Program-made: the position numbers and the translations under genes
Notes under the pieces: model-generated
The model's database searches: none
What the model saw: the letters and a program-made list of their open reading frames with translations, nothing else
What the model was told of the DNA's origin: nothing
Shown: positions 18,134 to 24,825 of the stretch, piece by piece
Position numbering within the stretch: position 1 is the stretch's first letter
How the letters are laid out: every line of letters begins with the position of its first letter
Assembly (NCBI GenBank): GCA_030601615.1
Contig: JAUVTH010000001.1
Coordinates: 1 to 35,486 of the forward strand
DNA length: 35,486 bases
From: Gemmatimonadota bacterium
GTDB lineage: Bacteria > Gemmatimonadota > Gemmatimonadetes > Palauibacterales > Palauibacteraceae
Direction of reading: 5' to 3'

Positions 18134-18421
18134 ATGACCAAGGCTGACCTCGTCGAACAGGTACACGAAGCGATCGGGCCGGGCGTAACGAAGAAGGACT
18201 GCGCAGCCGTGATCGATGCGTTTCTGAACGCTGTAAAACAGGCGATCGCCAACGGTGAGCACATCGAGATCCGGGGCTTCGGGACTTTCAAGGTCAGGAA
18301 TCGGAAGCCTCGCATCGCCCGCAATCCGAGGACGGGCGAATCCGTCGCGGTGCCGGCGCGCGCCGTACCGGTATTCAAGCCGTCCCGTCTGTTCAAGAAG
18401 CAGGTGGAGGAGTCTGCCTGA
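18134..18421 (+). CDS. HU/IHF-family DNA-binding protein (IHF-like)
   Basis: 95 aa with MTKADLV...V..F...V...I..GE.IEIRGFGTFKVRNRKPRIARNPRTGESVAVPARAVPVFKPS, the classic HU/IHF beta-arm. RBS GAGGGAG. Confidence 0.85.
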   Translation: MTKADLVEQVHEAIGPGVTKKDCAAVIDAFLNAVKQAIANGEHIEIRGFGTFKVRNRKPRIARNPRTGESVAVPARAVPVFKPSRLFKKQVEESA

Positions 18422-18439
18422 GTCGGGATGGAGGGGAAC

Positions 18440-18474
18440 GCTGCGGCCGCTCGGTGTTCCGGGACGGCCGCAGC
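18440..18474. terminator. Strong GC hairpin between convergent genes (possible bidirectional terminator, no U-tract)
   Basis: GCTGCGGCCG (18440-18449) pairs perfectly with CGGCCGCAGC (18465-18474). Inner pairing (CTCGG/CCGGG) extends the stem around a TGTT loop. The hairpin lies in the 64-bp gap between the IHF-like gene (+) and the aminotransferase (-). Confidence 0.5.
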
Positions 18475-18485
18475 AATCGATCGAG

Positions 18486-19646
18486 TCAGGAGAAGAAGGT
18501 CTTTATGCGGGCGAGGCCCTCGGCCAGTTCGTCGTCCGCCACCGAGTAGTTCAGCCGCAGGTAGCCGGGCGTTCCAAATGGCTCGCCCGGCACCGAAGCG
18601 ACACCTGCTTCCACCAACAGCTTCTCGGCGACTTCCAGGGAGTCCTCCGATCCCGTAAGGCGTACGTACAGGTAAATGGCTCCCGCAGGCACCCGAACCT
18701 CGAGTCCGGGCACGTCCCGGAGGGCCTCGACCGCCGTATCACGGCGGCGGTACAGGATGTCCCTGAAGCCACGGACGATGTCGTCACGCTCGGGCGAAGC
18801 GAGGACCGCGGCGGCCGCATGCTGTGACGGGCCGGCGGCGCCGGATGTCGTCTGGCTCTGCAGGGCGGACATCTTCTGAATGAGCTCCGTGGGTGCCGCG
18901 GCATAGCCGATGCGCCAGCCCGGCATCGAGAAGGCTTTCGAGACGCCGTCGAGGTGTACGACGCGGTCAGCGGCGTGGGCGACGTCATAGATCGAGGGGG
19001 CGGAGTCTCCCTGGTAGTACAGGCGCCGGTAGATCTCGTCGGACACGATCCACACGTCGTTCTCCCGGGCCCATGCGGCCAACTGCTCCATCAGGTCTCG
19101 GTCGTACACACCGCCGCTCGGGTTGCCTGGAGAGTTGAGGAAGAGCGCCTTCGTGGCTGGCGTCCGCAGCCTCTCCAGATCGTCGATGTCGATTCGGAAA
19201 CCTTCGTCCCACGCCGTCGGGACGATTACGGGAAGGGCTCCCGCGAGCTGAACGACCGCCAGATACGTCGGCCAGTAGGGAGTCGGAACCATGACCTCAT
19301 CGCCCTCCTGGAAAAGGCAGAAGGAGAGATTGAACAGCGCTTGCTTGACTCCCGCTGAGATGATCACGTTTGCCGGCTCGATCGACGCGAGCTCCGTGGA
19401 TTCGTTGATGTAGTCTGCTACCGCAGATCTGAGCTCGGGGATGCCTGGCGTCGGCGGGTATCCGGACTTGCCCGAGCGGACGAAATCCACGCCCCCCGCG
19501 ATGCCCACATCCGGAGTGGGGAACGAAGGTTCTCCGGCGGACAGGTCTATGACCGACTCCCCGGCTGCTCGCATCTGCTTGGCCCGTGCGCTGATCGCCA
19601 GGGTAGGAGACGGAACGAGAGAAGAGATGTTCTTTGAGAAGCGCAT
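18486..19646 (-). CDS. Pyridoxal-phosphate-dependent aminotransferase, class I (aspartate aminotransferase-like)
   Basis: IDLSAGEP, Y.P..G...LR, NSPGNPSG, and the PLP lysine context SKAFSMPGWRIGY. The start ATG is the complement of 19644-19646 (MRFSKNISS...). The track start at 19751 adds 35 non-conserved residues. Confidence 0.9.
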   Translation of the reverse strand: MRFSKNISSLVPSPTLAISARAKQMRAAGESVIDLSAGEPSFPTPDVGIAGGVDFVRSGKSGYPPTPGIPELRSAVADYINESTELASIEPANVIISAGVKQALFNLSFCLFQEGDEVMVPTPYWPTYLAVVQLAGALPVIVPTAWDEGFRIDIDDLERLRTPATKALFLNSPGNPSGGVYDRDLMEQLAAWARENDVWIVSDEIYRRLYYQGDSAPSIYDVAHAADRVVHLDGVSKAFSMPGWRIGYAAAPTELIQKMSALQSQTTSGAAGPSQHAAAAVLASPERDDIVRGFRDILYRRRDTAVEALRDVPGLEVRVPAGAIYLYVRLTGSEDSLEVAEKLLVEAGVASVPGEPFGTPGYLRLNYSVADDELAEGLARIKTFFS

Positions 19647-19804
19647 GTGGAACCCCCGAGATCCGGGTGATTGTTGGAGCTTCGTCCGAGCGCTAGCTTC
19701 CGGCTCAGCGCGTTTCGGAGGGCGGGCAACACGAACCTCCACGAACACCAAATTTATTCGCGACGTTGGGACGGCGTCAAGGCCAATTTCTACGTGAGCG
19801 ACGC

Positions 19805-20077
19805 ATGATCACAGAGACCACCACACTATTGACTCCTGCCCAGGTTCTGGACGAGGCGCGCCGGTTTTTCACAGGGGAGGATTCCGTTTTCGCAGCCACT
19901 GTTGTGGACGAGAGCGATCGCCACGTGACAGTGGCCACTTTCCGGAGCCGGCTGGCCATTTCCGCTTGGGCAGACGAAGCCGTAGACGGAACGCGGGTGC
20001 GCGTCAGCACCCTTCGTCGACAGAATGCGGTCGGGAAATTCCTCTCCTGGCTTGAGACCGCGAGTCCGGCCGAGTGA
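19805..20077 (+). CDS. Hypothetical small protein (90 aa; 103 aa if the TTG at 19766 is used)
   Basis: The ORF has a G/C-rich third position, and its stop overlaps the moaD GTG (GTGA at 20074-20077). I recognise no family motif. Confidence 0.5.
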   Translation: MITETTTLLTPAQVLDEARRFFTGEDSVFAATVVDESDRHVTVATFRSRLAISAWADEAVDGTRVRVSTLRRQNAVGKFLSWLETASPAE

Positions 20078-20328
20078 GCGGCCGCTTTCCCGTGCACGTC
20101 CAGCTGTTCGGCAAGCATCGTGAGATCGTAGGGTCGTCGGTCGTGGAGCTCGAACTCGAGGCCGGTGGCACCGTCGCGGATCTGCGCGGACTGCTGGCGG
20201 CGCATCCCGTGCTCGGCGGCTGGCTGGGAGGATGCGCGATTGCGGTGAACCGACGCTACGAACGGGACGAGTCAGTCGTGGCAGTTGGGGACGAGGTTGC
20301 GATCATACCTCCAGTTGCCGGCGGTTGA
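20074..20328 (+). CDS. moaD: Molybdopterin synthase sulfur-carrier subunit MoaD
   Basis: About 80 aa, ubiquitin-like, with a C-terminal ...IIPPVAGG (Gly-Gly) and followed by moaE. The start is either GTG 20074 or the in-frame GTG 20092 (VHVQLFG...). Confidence 0.85.
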   Translation: MSGRFPVHVQLFGKHREIVGSSVVELELEAGGTVADLRGLLAAHPVLGGWLGGCAIAVNRRYERDESVVAVGDEVAIIPPVAGG

Positions 20329-20333
20329 GCAGC

Positions 20334-20837
20334 GTGGGCGAGAGGCACGGAGAAGCGACGCCAGTCGGCGTGGTGGTGGCCGAGGTCACTGAGTCGGAGC
20401 TCGACGGAGCGGAGCTTCTGCGCCGGCTCGGAGACAGCTCCGATGGGGCAGTGATCGTCTTTGAGGGTCGTGTTCGAGACCACAACGGAGGCCGAGTGGT
20501 CGTTCGACTTCACTATGACGCGTACGCAGGAATGGCCGCAGACGTGCTTCAGGAGATCTCGCGAGAAGCGCTCGCACGCACGGGAGCTTCGGCGATCGGA
20601 GTCCAGCACCGCATCGGCAGCCTGGAGCCGCCCAGCGTCAGCCTGGTCGTCGCCGTGTCGGCTGCCCACCGAAGGCCGGCCTACGAGGCCTCTGCTTACG
20701 TGATCGAAGAACTGAAGCGTCGCCTGCCTCTGTGGAAACGCGAGGAGTACGCTGATGGAACCAGCGAGTGGCTGGGAGGGCACACTCCCGAGGCAGGCGC
20801 GCGGGGCGATGCGATGGTCATGAGGGGTACCGAATGA
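20334..20837 (+). CDS. moaE: Molybdopterin synthase catalytic subunit MoaE
   Basis: GAVIVFEGRVRDHN.G..V..L.Y.AY..MA, IGV.HR.G.L......V.VAVSAAHR..A..A....I..LK...P.WK.E. GTG start at 20334, 6 nt after the moaD stop. The track start at 20232 overlaps moaD. Confidence 0.88.
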   Translation: MGERHGEATPVGVVVAEVTESELDGAELLRRLGDSSDGAVIVFEGRVRDHNGGRVVVRLHYDAYAGMAADVLQEISREALARTGASAIGVQHRIGSLEPPSVSLVVAVSAAHRRPAYEASAYVIEELKRRLPLWKREEYADGTSEWLGGHTPEAGARGDAMVMRGTE

Positions 20838-21841
20838 TCCCCCGGGCGGGCGGCAAGGCGATGTACGATCAGTTCGGTCGGCGGATCGACTACCTCCGGA
20901 TATCGGTCACCGACAAGTGCAATCTCCGGTGCACGTATTGCATGCCGGTCGAAGGACTCGAGTGGATTGATCGGGACGAGTTCCTCACGTACGAGGAGAT
21001 CAGTTCCGTCGTTCGTCAGATGGCGGAGCACGGGCTCCGTCGTATCCGGCTGACGGGAGGGGAACCGCTGGTCCGGCGAGACCTCCCGGACCTCGTGCGC
21101 CAGCTCTCTGCGATTCCGGGCATCGAGGACATTGCGCTTTCGACGAACGCAATCCTGCTTCCTCAATTCGGAAGGGATCTCAAAGAGGCGGGCGTCAACC
21201 GGGTGAACGTGAGCCTGGACACGCTGCGCAGGGAACGTTTCCGTGACGTGGCCCGTCGTCCCGAGCGCTTCTTCGACGCTACGCTGGAGGGGCTCGCTGT
21301 GGCGGAACGTATGGGTTTCGCCCCTCTCAAGATCAATACGGTTCTCATGCGAGGCCTCAATGACGACGAGATTGAGGACTTCGCCCAAATCACCCGGGAG
21401 CGGCCCTGGCACGTCAGGTTCATCGAGCTCATGCCAACGGGAGACAATCTCCATCTCTCGAAGCGGTTTCTGTCTACGGACTCGGTGCTCCAGCGCCTCC
21501 AGGACATCGGTGATCTGCTGCCCGCCGCTGGACCGGTGGGGAACGGGCCGGCCACGTACTTCCGATTCGACGGCGCTCCTGGGACGGTCGGTGTCATCAC
21601 ACCGCTGTCCCACAACTACTGTGACCGCTGCAATCGGGTGCGCCTCACTGCGGACGGAAAGCTGAGGACCTGCCTGTTCGGCACGCACGAGGTGGATCTG
21701 AAGACCCCTTTGAGGGCCACCGGGGACATCGTCCCCGCGGTTCGTGAAGCGCTTGCCGGCAAGCCCGAACGGCATCTTCTGCAGCTCGGGACGGCTCGCG
21801 GAAGCGGCGGACTCAGAGCCCTGAGCCAGGTCGGTGGCTGA
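20834..21841 (+). CDS. moaA: GTP 3',8-cyclase MoaA (radical SAM)
   Basis: YLRISVTDKCNLRCTYCMP radical-SAM cluster motif, RLTGGEPL, and the C-terminal CxxCxRxRLTADGKLRTCLF second-cluster motif. The ATG at 20834 overlaps the moaE stop (ATGA). Confidence 0.94.
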   Translation: MIPRAGGKAMYDQFGRRIDYLRISVTDKCNLRCTYCMPVEGLEWIDRDEFLTYEEISSVVRQMAEHGLRRIRLTGGEPLVRRDLPDLVRQLSAIPGIEDIALSTNAILLPQFGRDLKEAGVNRVNVSLDTLRRERFRDVARRPERFFDATLEGLAVAERMGFAPLKINTVLMRGLNDDEIEDFAQITRERPWHVRFIELMPTGDNLHLSKRFLSTDSVLQRLQDIGDLLPAAGPVGNGPATYFRFDGAPGTVGVITPLSHNYCDRCNRVRLTADGKLRTCLFGTHEVDLKTPLRATGDIVPAVREALAGKPERHLLQLGTARGSGGLRALSQVGG

Positions 21842-21975
21842 AGGCCCAACCACCGGTTGCGCATCGACGCAGGCAGGGTAGGTTGGGATCTGGAAGACCT
21901 GTGGCGCGGCCTCCCCCTGCGCCCGTTCTTCTGACGACAGACCCAATCCAAACTCTCCACTCAAGGACGGTCACC

Positions 21976-22902
21976 GTGGACAAGATAACCGTAATCGGAG
22001 CCGGCCACGTAGGCGCGACCGCAGCGCAGAGAATTGCGGAGCGCGAGCTCGCTCGGGAAGTAGTGCTGGTCGACATCCTGGAGGGCGTGCCGCAGGGCAA
22101 GGCGTTGGACCAGTGGGAGTCCGCACCCGTTGAGGGCTTCGACACCATGGTCACGGGAGCCCAGAGTTACGAGGACACCGCGGGCTCGGGAGTCTATGTC
22201 GTGACAGCGGGTCTGGCCCGGAAGCCGGGAATGAGTCGGGACGACCTCTTACAGAAGAATACGCAGATCATCGCCGGGGTGGCCGAACAGATCAAGCTTC
22301 ACAGCCCGGACGCGATCATCGTGATGGTCACGAACCCGCTCGACGTGATGGCGTACGTTGCCAAGGAGGTCGCGGGCTTTCCGCGCGAGCGCGTGATCGG
22401 CATGGCGGGGATCCTGGACACGGCCCGGTTCCGCAGCTTTATCGCCATGGAGTTGAATGTCAGTGTGGAGGACATCCAGGCGTTGGTGCTCGGCGGGCAC
22501 GGCGACAGCATGGTCCCGATCGTCAGCACGGTCAGCGTGGGCGGCATCCCGCTCTCGCAGCTCATGTCTGCCGATCGGATCGAGGCCCTGGTCGAGCGGA
22601 CCCGGAAGGGTGGCGGCGAGATCGTGAAGCTCCTCGGTACGGGCTCTGCCTACTACGCACCCTCTTCCGGTGCGGTCCAGATGGTCGAGGCGATCGCCCG
22701 CAACAAGATGCGGGTGCTTCCGTGCGCTGCGTGGCTGGAGGGAGAGTTCGGGCTCGACGGTCTATTCCTCGGCGTGCCGTGCAAGCTCGGTCGGGGCGGC
22801 CTGGAGGGTGTGATCGAGGTCGAGTTGTCCGACGAGGAACGTTCGGCCCTCGAAGCTTCGGCGGCTGCCGTGCGTGGCACGATGGAGATGTTACAGCTCT
22901 GA
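21976..22902 (+). CDS. mdh: Malate dehydrogenase (LDH-like MDH type)
   Basis: KITVIGAGHVGATAA Rossmann loop, TAGLARKPGMSRDDL, VTNPLD and LGGHGDSMVP. The GTG at 21976 is preceded by AAGGA and gives about 308 aa. The TTG at 21883 adds a non-conserved Pro-rich leader. Confidence 0.93.
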   Translation: MDKITVIGAGHVGATAAQRIAERELAREVVLVDILEGVPQGKALDQWESAPVEGFDTMVTGAQSYEDTAGSGVYVVTAGLARKPGMSRDDLLQKNTQIIAGVAEQIKLHSPDAIIVMVTNPLDVMAYVAKEVAGFPRERVIGMAGILDTARFRSFIAMELNVSVEDIQALVLGGHGDSMVPIVSTVSVGGIPLSQLMSADRIEALVERTRKGGGEIVKLLGTGSAYYAPSSGAVQMVEAIARNKMRVLPCAAWLEGEFGLDGLFLGVPCKLGRGGLEGVIEVELSDEERSALEASAAAVRGTMEMLQL

Positions 22903-22938
22903 TTCGCGCGCACGTGAGGGCGGGAGCAGAGATTTCCG

Positions 22939-22979
22939 AAAGCGGGGGGCGCGCTCGATGCGGGCGCGGTCCCCGCTTT
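22939..22979 (+). terminator. Candidate terminator hairpin after mdh
   Basis: AAAGCGGGG (22939-22947) pairs with CCCCGCTTT (22971-22979). After a 2x2 internal loop, a second inner helix (CGCGCTC / GGGCGCG) continues the stem. The A-tract and T-tract form the stem base, so there is only a short free U-run. Confidence 0.45.
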
Positions 22980-23018
22980 AGAAGGCCGTACTGCTTCAAC
23001 AGCCTGCTGTAGGTCGCA

Positions 23019-23558
23019 ATGAGCTACCTGGACTTCCTGCGGGGCTGGTACAACCTCGTCTTCCTGCTTGCCGGAGCAGGTGGTCTCGCTTGCTTCGCCT
23101 GGGGACGAATCGCGGATCGAGACCTGTTCCGGCCCGCCGTCGTGCTCGTGGTCGCCGCAGTGACCGGTCTGACCTGGAACGGAGCGATTCACGATCTCGG
23201 CCTGGGCTCCGCGGCGCCTCGGTTTCCTCTGGTGGTCCTCGTTTCAGCCGCGGTCGGCCTGATCACGGCGACCGGCGTCGGCCGGATTCGAGATCGACAC
23301 TTTCGACCGATCTCCGCCGTCCAGTTTAACCGTCCCGGCCATGAGGGTGTCGAAGCACGCGTCGTGACGAAGACGACCGGGACCGATCCGGGCACCGGAC
23401 GCGCTCAGTGGCAGGACACCGACGGAGTGCTTCACATCGTGCATATCCACACGGCCACGGACGAAATCGGTTTCGGACGAAGGGTACGGCTGGGCCCGTT
23501 CGATCCTGTAGTCGAATCGTATCTGGCCGAGACGCTGCCCCGCCGCCGCAAGCGCTAG
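23019..23558 (+). CDS. Membrane protein with C-terminal NfeD/YqiJ-like OB-fold (DUF1449-like), function unknown
   Basis: Three hydrophobic segments (NLVFLLAGAGGLACFAW; AVVLVVAAVTGLTW; PLVVLVSAAVGLITATGV) are followed by a beta-rich soluble tail, GVEARVVTKTTG...GRAQWQDTDGVLHIVHIH...GRRVRLGPFDP..ESYLAE. From memory, this tail aligns with the E. coli YqiJ C-terminus, which ends ...YLAEN. Confidence 0.6.
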   Translation: MSYLDFLRGWYNLVFLLAGAGGLACFAWGRIADRDLFRPAVVLVVAAVTGLTWNGAIHDLGLGSAAPRFPLVVLVSAAVGLITATGVGRIRDRHFRPISAVQFNRPGHEGVEARVVTKTTGTDPGTGRAQWQDTDGVLHIVHIHTATDEIGFGRRVRLGPFDPVVESYLAETLPRRRKR

Positions 23559-23676
23559 TTTCCGGAGGATCCTTCCGACGAGTGACTTCCAGGCAGCTCG
23601 AGTCGTCTTGGGGTTGAATCGCCTCTACCAACAACTGTGACCGGCGAGGATCCGGTCGAAACAGGGGAGGGCCGAG

Positions 23677-24726
23677 ATGACGAAGCGATTGCGGATGCTG
23701 ATGCTGGCTGCCCTGGTTACGGGCGGAGCAGTGGCCTGCGACGACAGCCCGACCGGGCCGGGCGACACGTCGGGCGACCTCAGCGTGAATGCCGACATGG
23801 AGCTCCAGGTAGTAGGGGATGCCGATCTGGCCGAGGTCGTGATCGACGACATTTCCCTCTCGATGGAGATGTCGGCGGATGCGCCACCCTTCGGGCAGGG
23901 TCGTGAGTGTTTCCGGGAAGCGCGGCAGCTCCTGCGGAACGGTGACGAGGATGCGGCCCGAACGCAGGCCCGAGAGTGCCGGATGCTGCTGGTCCGGGCT
24001 CTGTTCGAGCGGCACGGAGAATCGGCGATCGACGAGCTCTTTGGACGAGTAGAGAGCCTGGTCGAGAGGATCGGTGAGGCGAGCGACGAGTTCGCGCGCC
24101 TCTCCGACCTCGAGGCCAAGCTCCAGGGCCTCCTGGGTGAGGCGTATGCCTTTCGGGACGGAGGCAACCTCGTAGGCGCGGGTGAGCGCCTCGTGCTGGC
24201 GCTGCAAATCGCTGACCGGATGCGCCATCGTCACCGGGATTTCGACTTTGATCCGGAAGCGGTGGCTCGCTTCGCGATCGCGCGGGGAGGAGAGGCGATC
24301 CAGCTTGCAGGGGAGTTGATCCCGGATCCGACGCTCCAGCAGGAGATCCTTCTCTTCCGGGCGGGCGAGTTGCAACACAGGGCCATGTTCTCGTTCGAGC
24401 ACGGGTGGTTCCGACGGACCGTCGCCCAGGCTCATCGAGCTGAAGAGCTTGCATTGTTCGCCGTGCTGAATGGGGAGAGGCCCACGGTGGAGGATGCTCA
24501 GCGTCTGCTGTCTCTCGCGGAGAACATGATCGTCATTGCCGAAGAAGCGATCGGAGAGAACCCATCAGAGGTCCAGCAGAGGTTGCTGAATCACGCGATC
24601 CGACTCAAGGAGAGAGGCGCTGAGGCGATCAACACCTGGCACTGGAGGGGAGTCGGTCTTCTATGGCGGTCCGCGGTGACGTCTGCCGTGCTCATACCGA
24701 ACGAAACCCCGACCGATACAGCCTGA
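23677..24726 (+). CDS. Predicted lipoprotein, all-alpha, function unknown
   Basis: Signal peptide with a lipobox-like LVTGGAVAC|DD, and a strong RBS AGGGGAGGG. The third codon position is G/C-rich in this frame but not in the antisense 369-aa ORF. The mature part is rich in E/R/A/L helix-forming segments, and I recognise no family motif. Confidence 0.65.
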   Translation: MTKRLRMLMLAALVTGGAVACDDSPTGPGDTSGDLSVNADMELQVVGDADLAEVVIDDISLSMEMSADAPPFGQGRECFREARQLLRNGDEDAARTQARECRMLLVRALFERHGESAIDELFGRVESLVERIGEASDEFARLSDLEAKLQGLLGEAYAFRDGGNLVGAGERLVLALQIADRMRHRHRDFDFDPEAVARFAIARGGEAIQLAGELIPDPTLQQEILLFRAGELQHRAMFSFEHGWFRRTVAQAHRAEELALFAVLNGERPTVEDAQRLLSLAENMIVIAEEAIGENPSEVQQRLLNHAIRLKERGAEAINTWHWRGVGLLWRSAVTSAVLIPNETPTDTA

Positions 24727-24764
24727 GAAGCCGCAAAGGCAATAGCTGCGGATCCACGACACGA

Positions 24765-24797
24765 GGAAGGGGGCGGCGCCAAGCGCCGCCCCCTTCC
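24765..24797. terminator. Perfect 15-bp GC hairpin between convergent genes (possible bidirectional terminator, no U-tract)
   Basis: GGAAGGGGGCGGCGC (24765-24779), loop CAA, GCGCCGCCCCCTTCC (24783-24797). It lies in the 99-bp gap between the lipoprotein gene (+) and the HD-GYP gene (-). Confidence 0.6.
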
Positions 24798-24825
24798 TCC
24801 TATGGTAGCGAGTGCGTGGAATGGA

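Noticed and set aside
19647-19804. Possible Moco riboswitch or structured leader upstream of the moa genes (CCGAGC ... GGAGG ... CCTCC elements)
   Set aside because: Some short strings recall the Moco RNA motif. However, their order and spacing do not fit my recollection of the consensus (CCUCCGAGCC ... GGAGG closing P1), and the segment is short. It must also hold the divergent aminotransferase promoter. I cannot support it without a covariance-model scan (Rfam Moco_RNA_motif); a significant hit there would revive it.
21844-21930. Weak nested hairpins after moaA (CCCAACC...GGTTGGG; GGCGC...GCGCC followed by a T-rich run)
   Set aside because: The stems are short with long or irregular loops. 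They may contribute to termination before mdh but are not distinguishable from chance pairing in GC-rich DNA.
20696-21964. 422-aa ORF on the minus strand
   Set aside because: It is antisense to moaA, whose radical-SAM CNLRCTYCMP motif fixes the true frame on the plus strand. It is a shadow ORF.
23610-23626. tRNA T-arm-like string GGGGTTGAATCGCCTC in the 118-bp spacer before the lipoprotein gene
   Set aside because: It lacks the invariant C56 context (TTCGAAT/TTCAAAT), and no acceptor, D or anticodon arms can be drawn in the flanks. It is not a tRNA or a recognisable tRNA fragment.
23326-24435. 369-aa minus-strand ORF overlapping the YqiJ-like and lipoprotein genes
   Set aside because: The plus-strand frames have a G/C-rich third position, a strong RBS, and a signal peptide with lipobox or TM helices. 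The minus-strand translation is Arg/Pro-rich without features and crosses an intergenic region.
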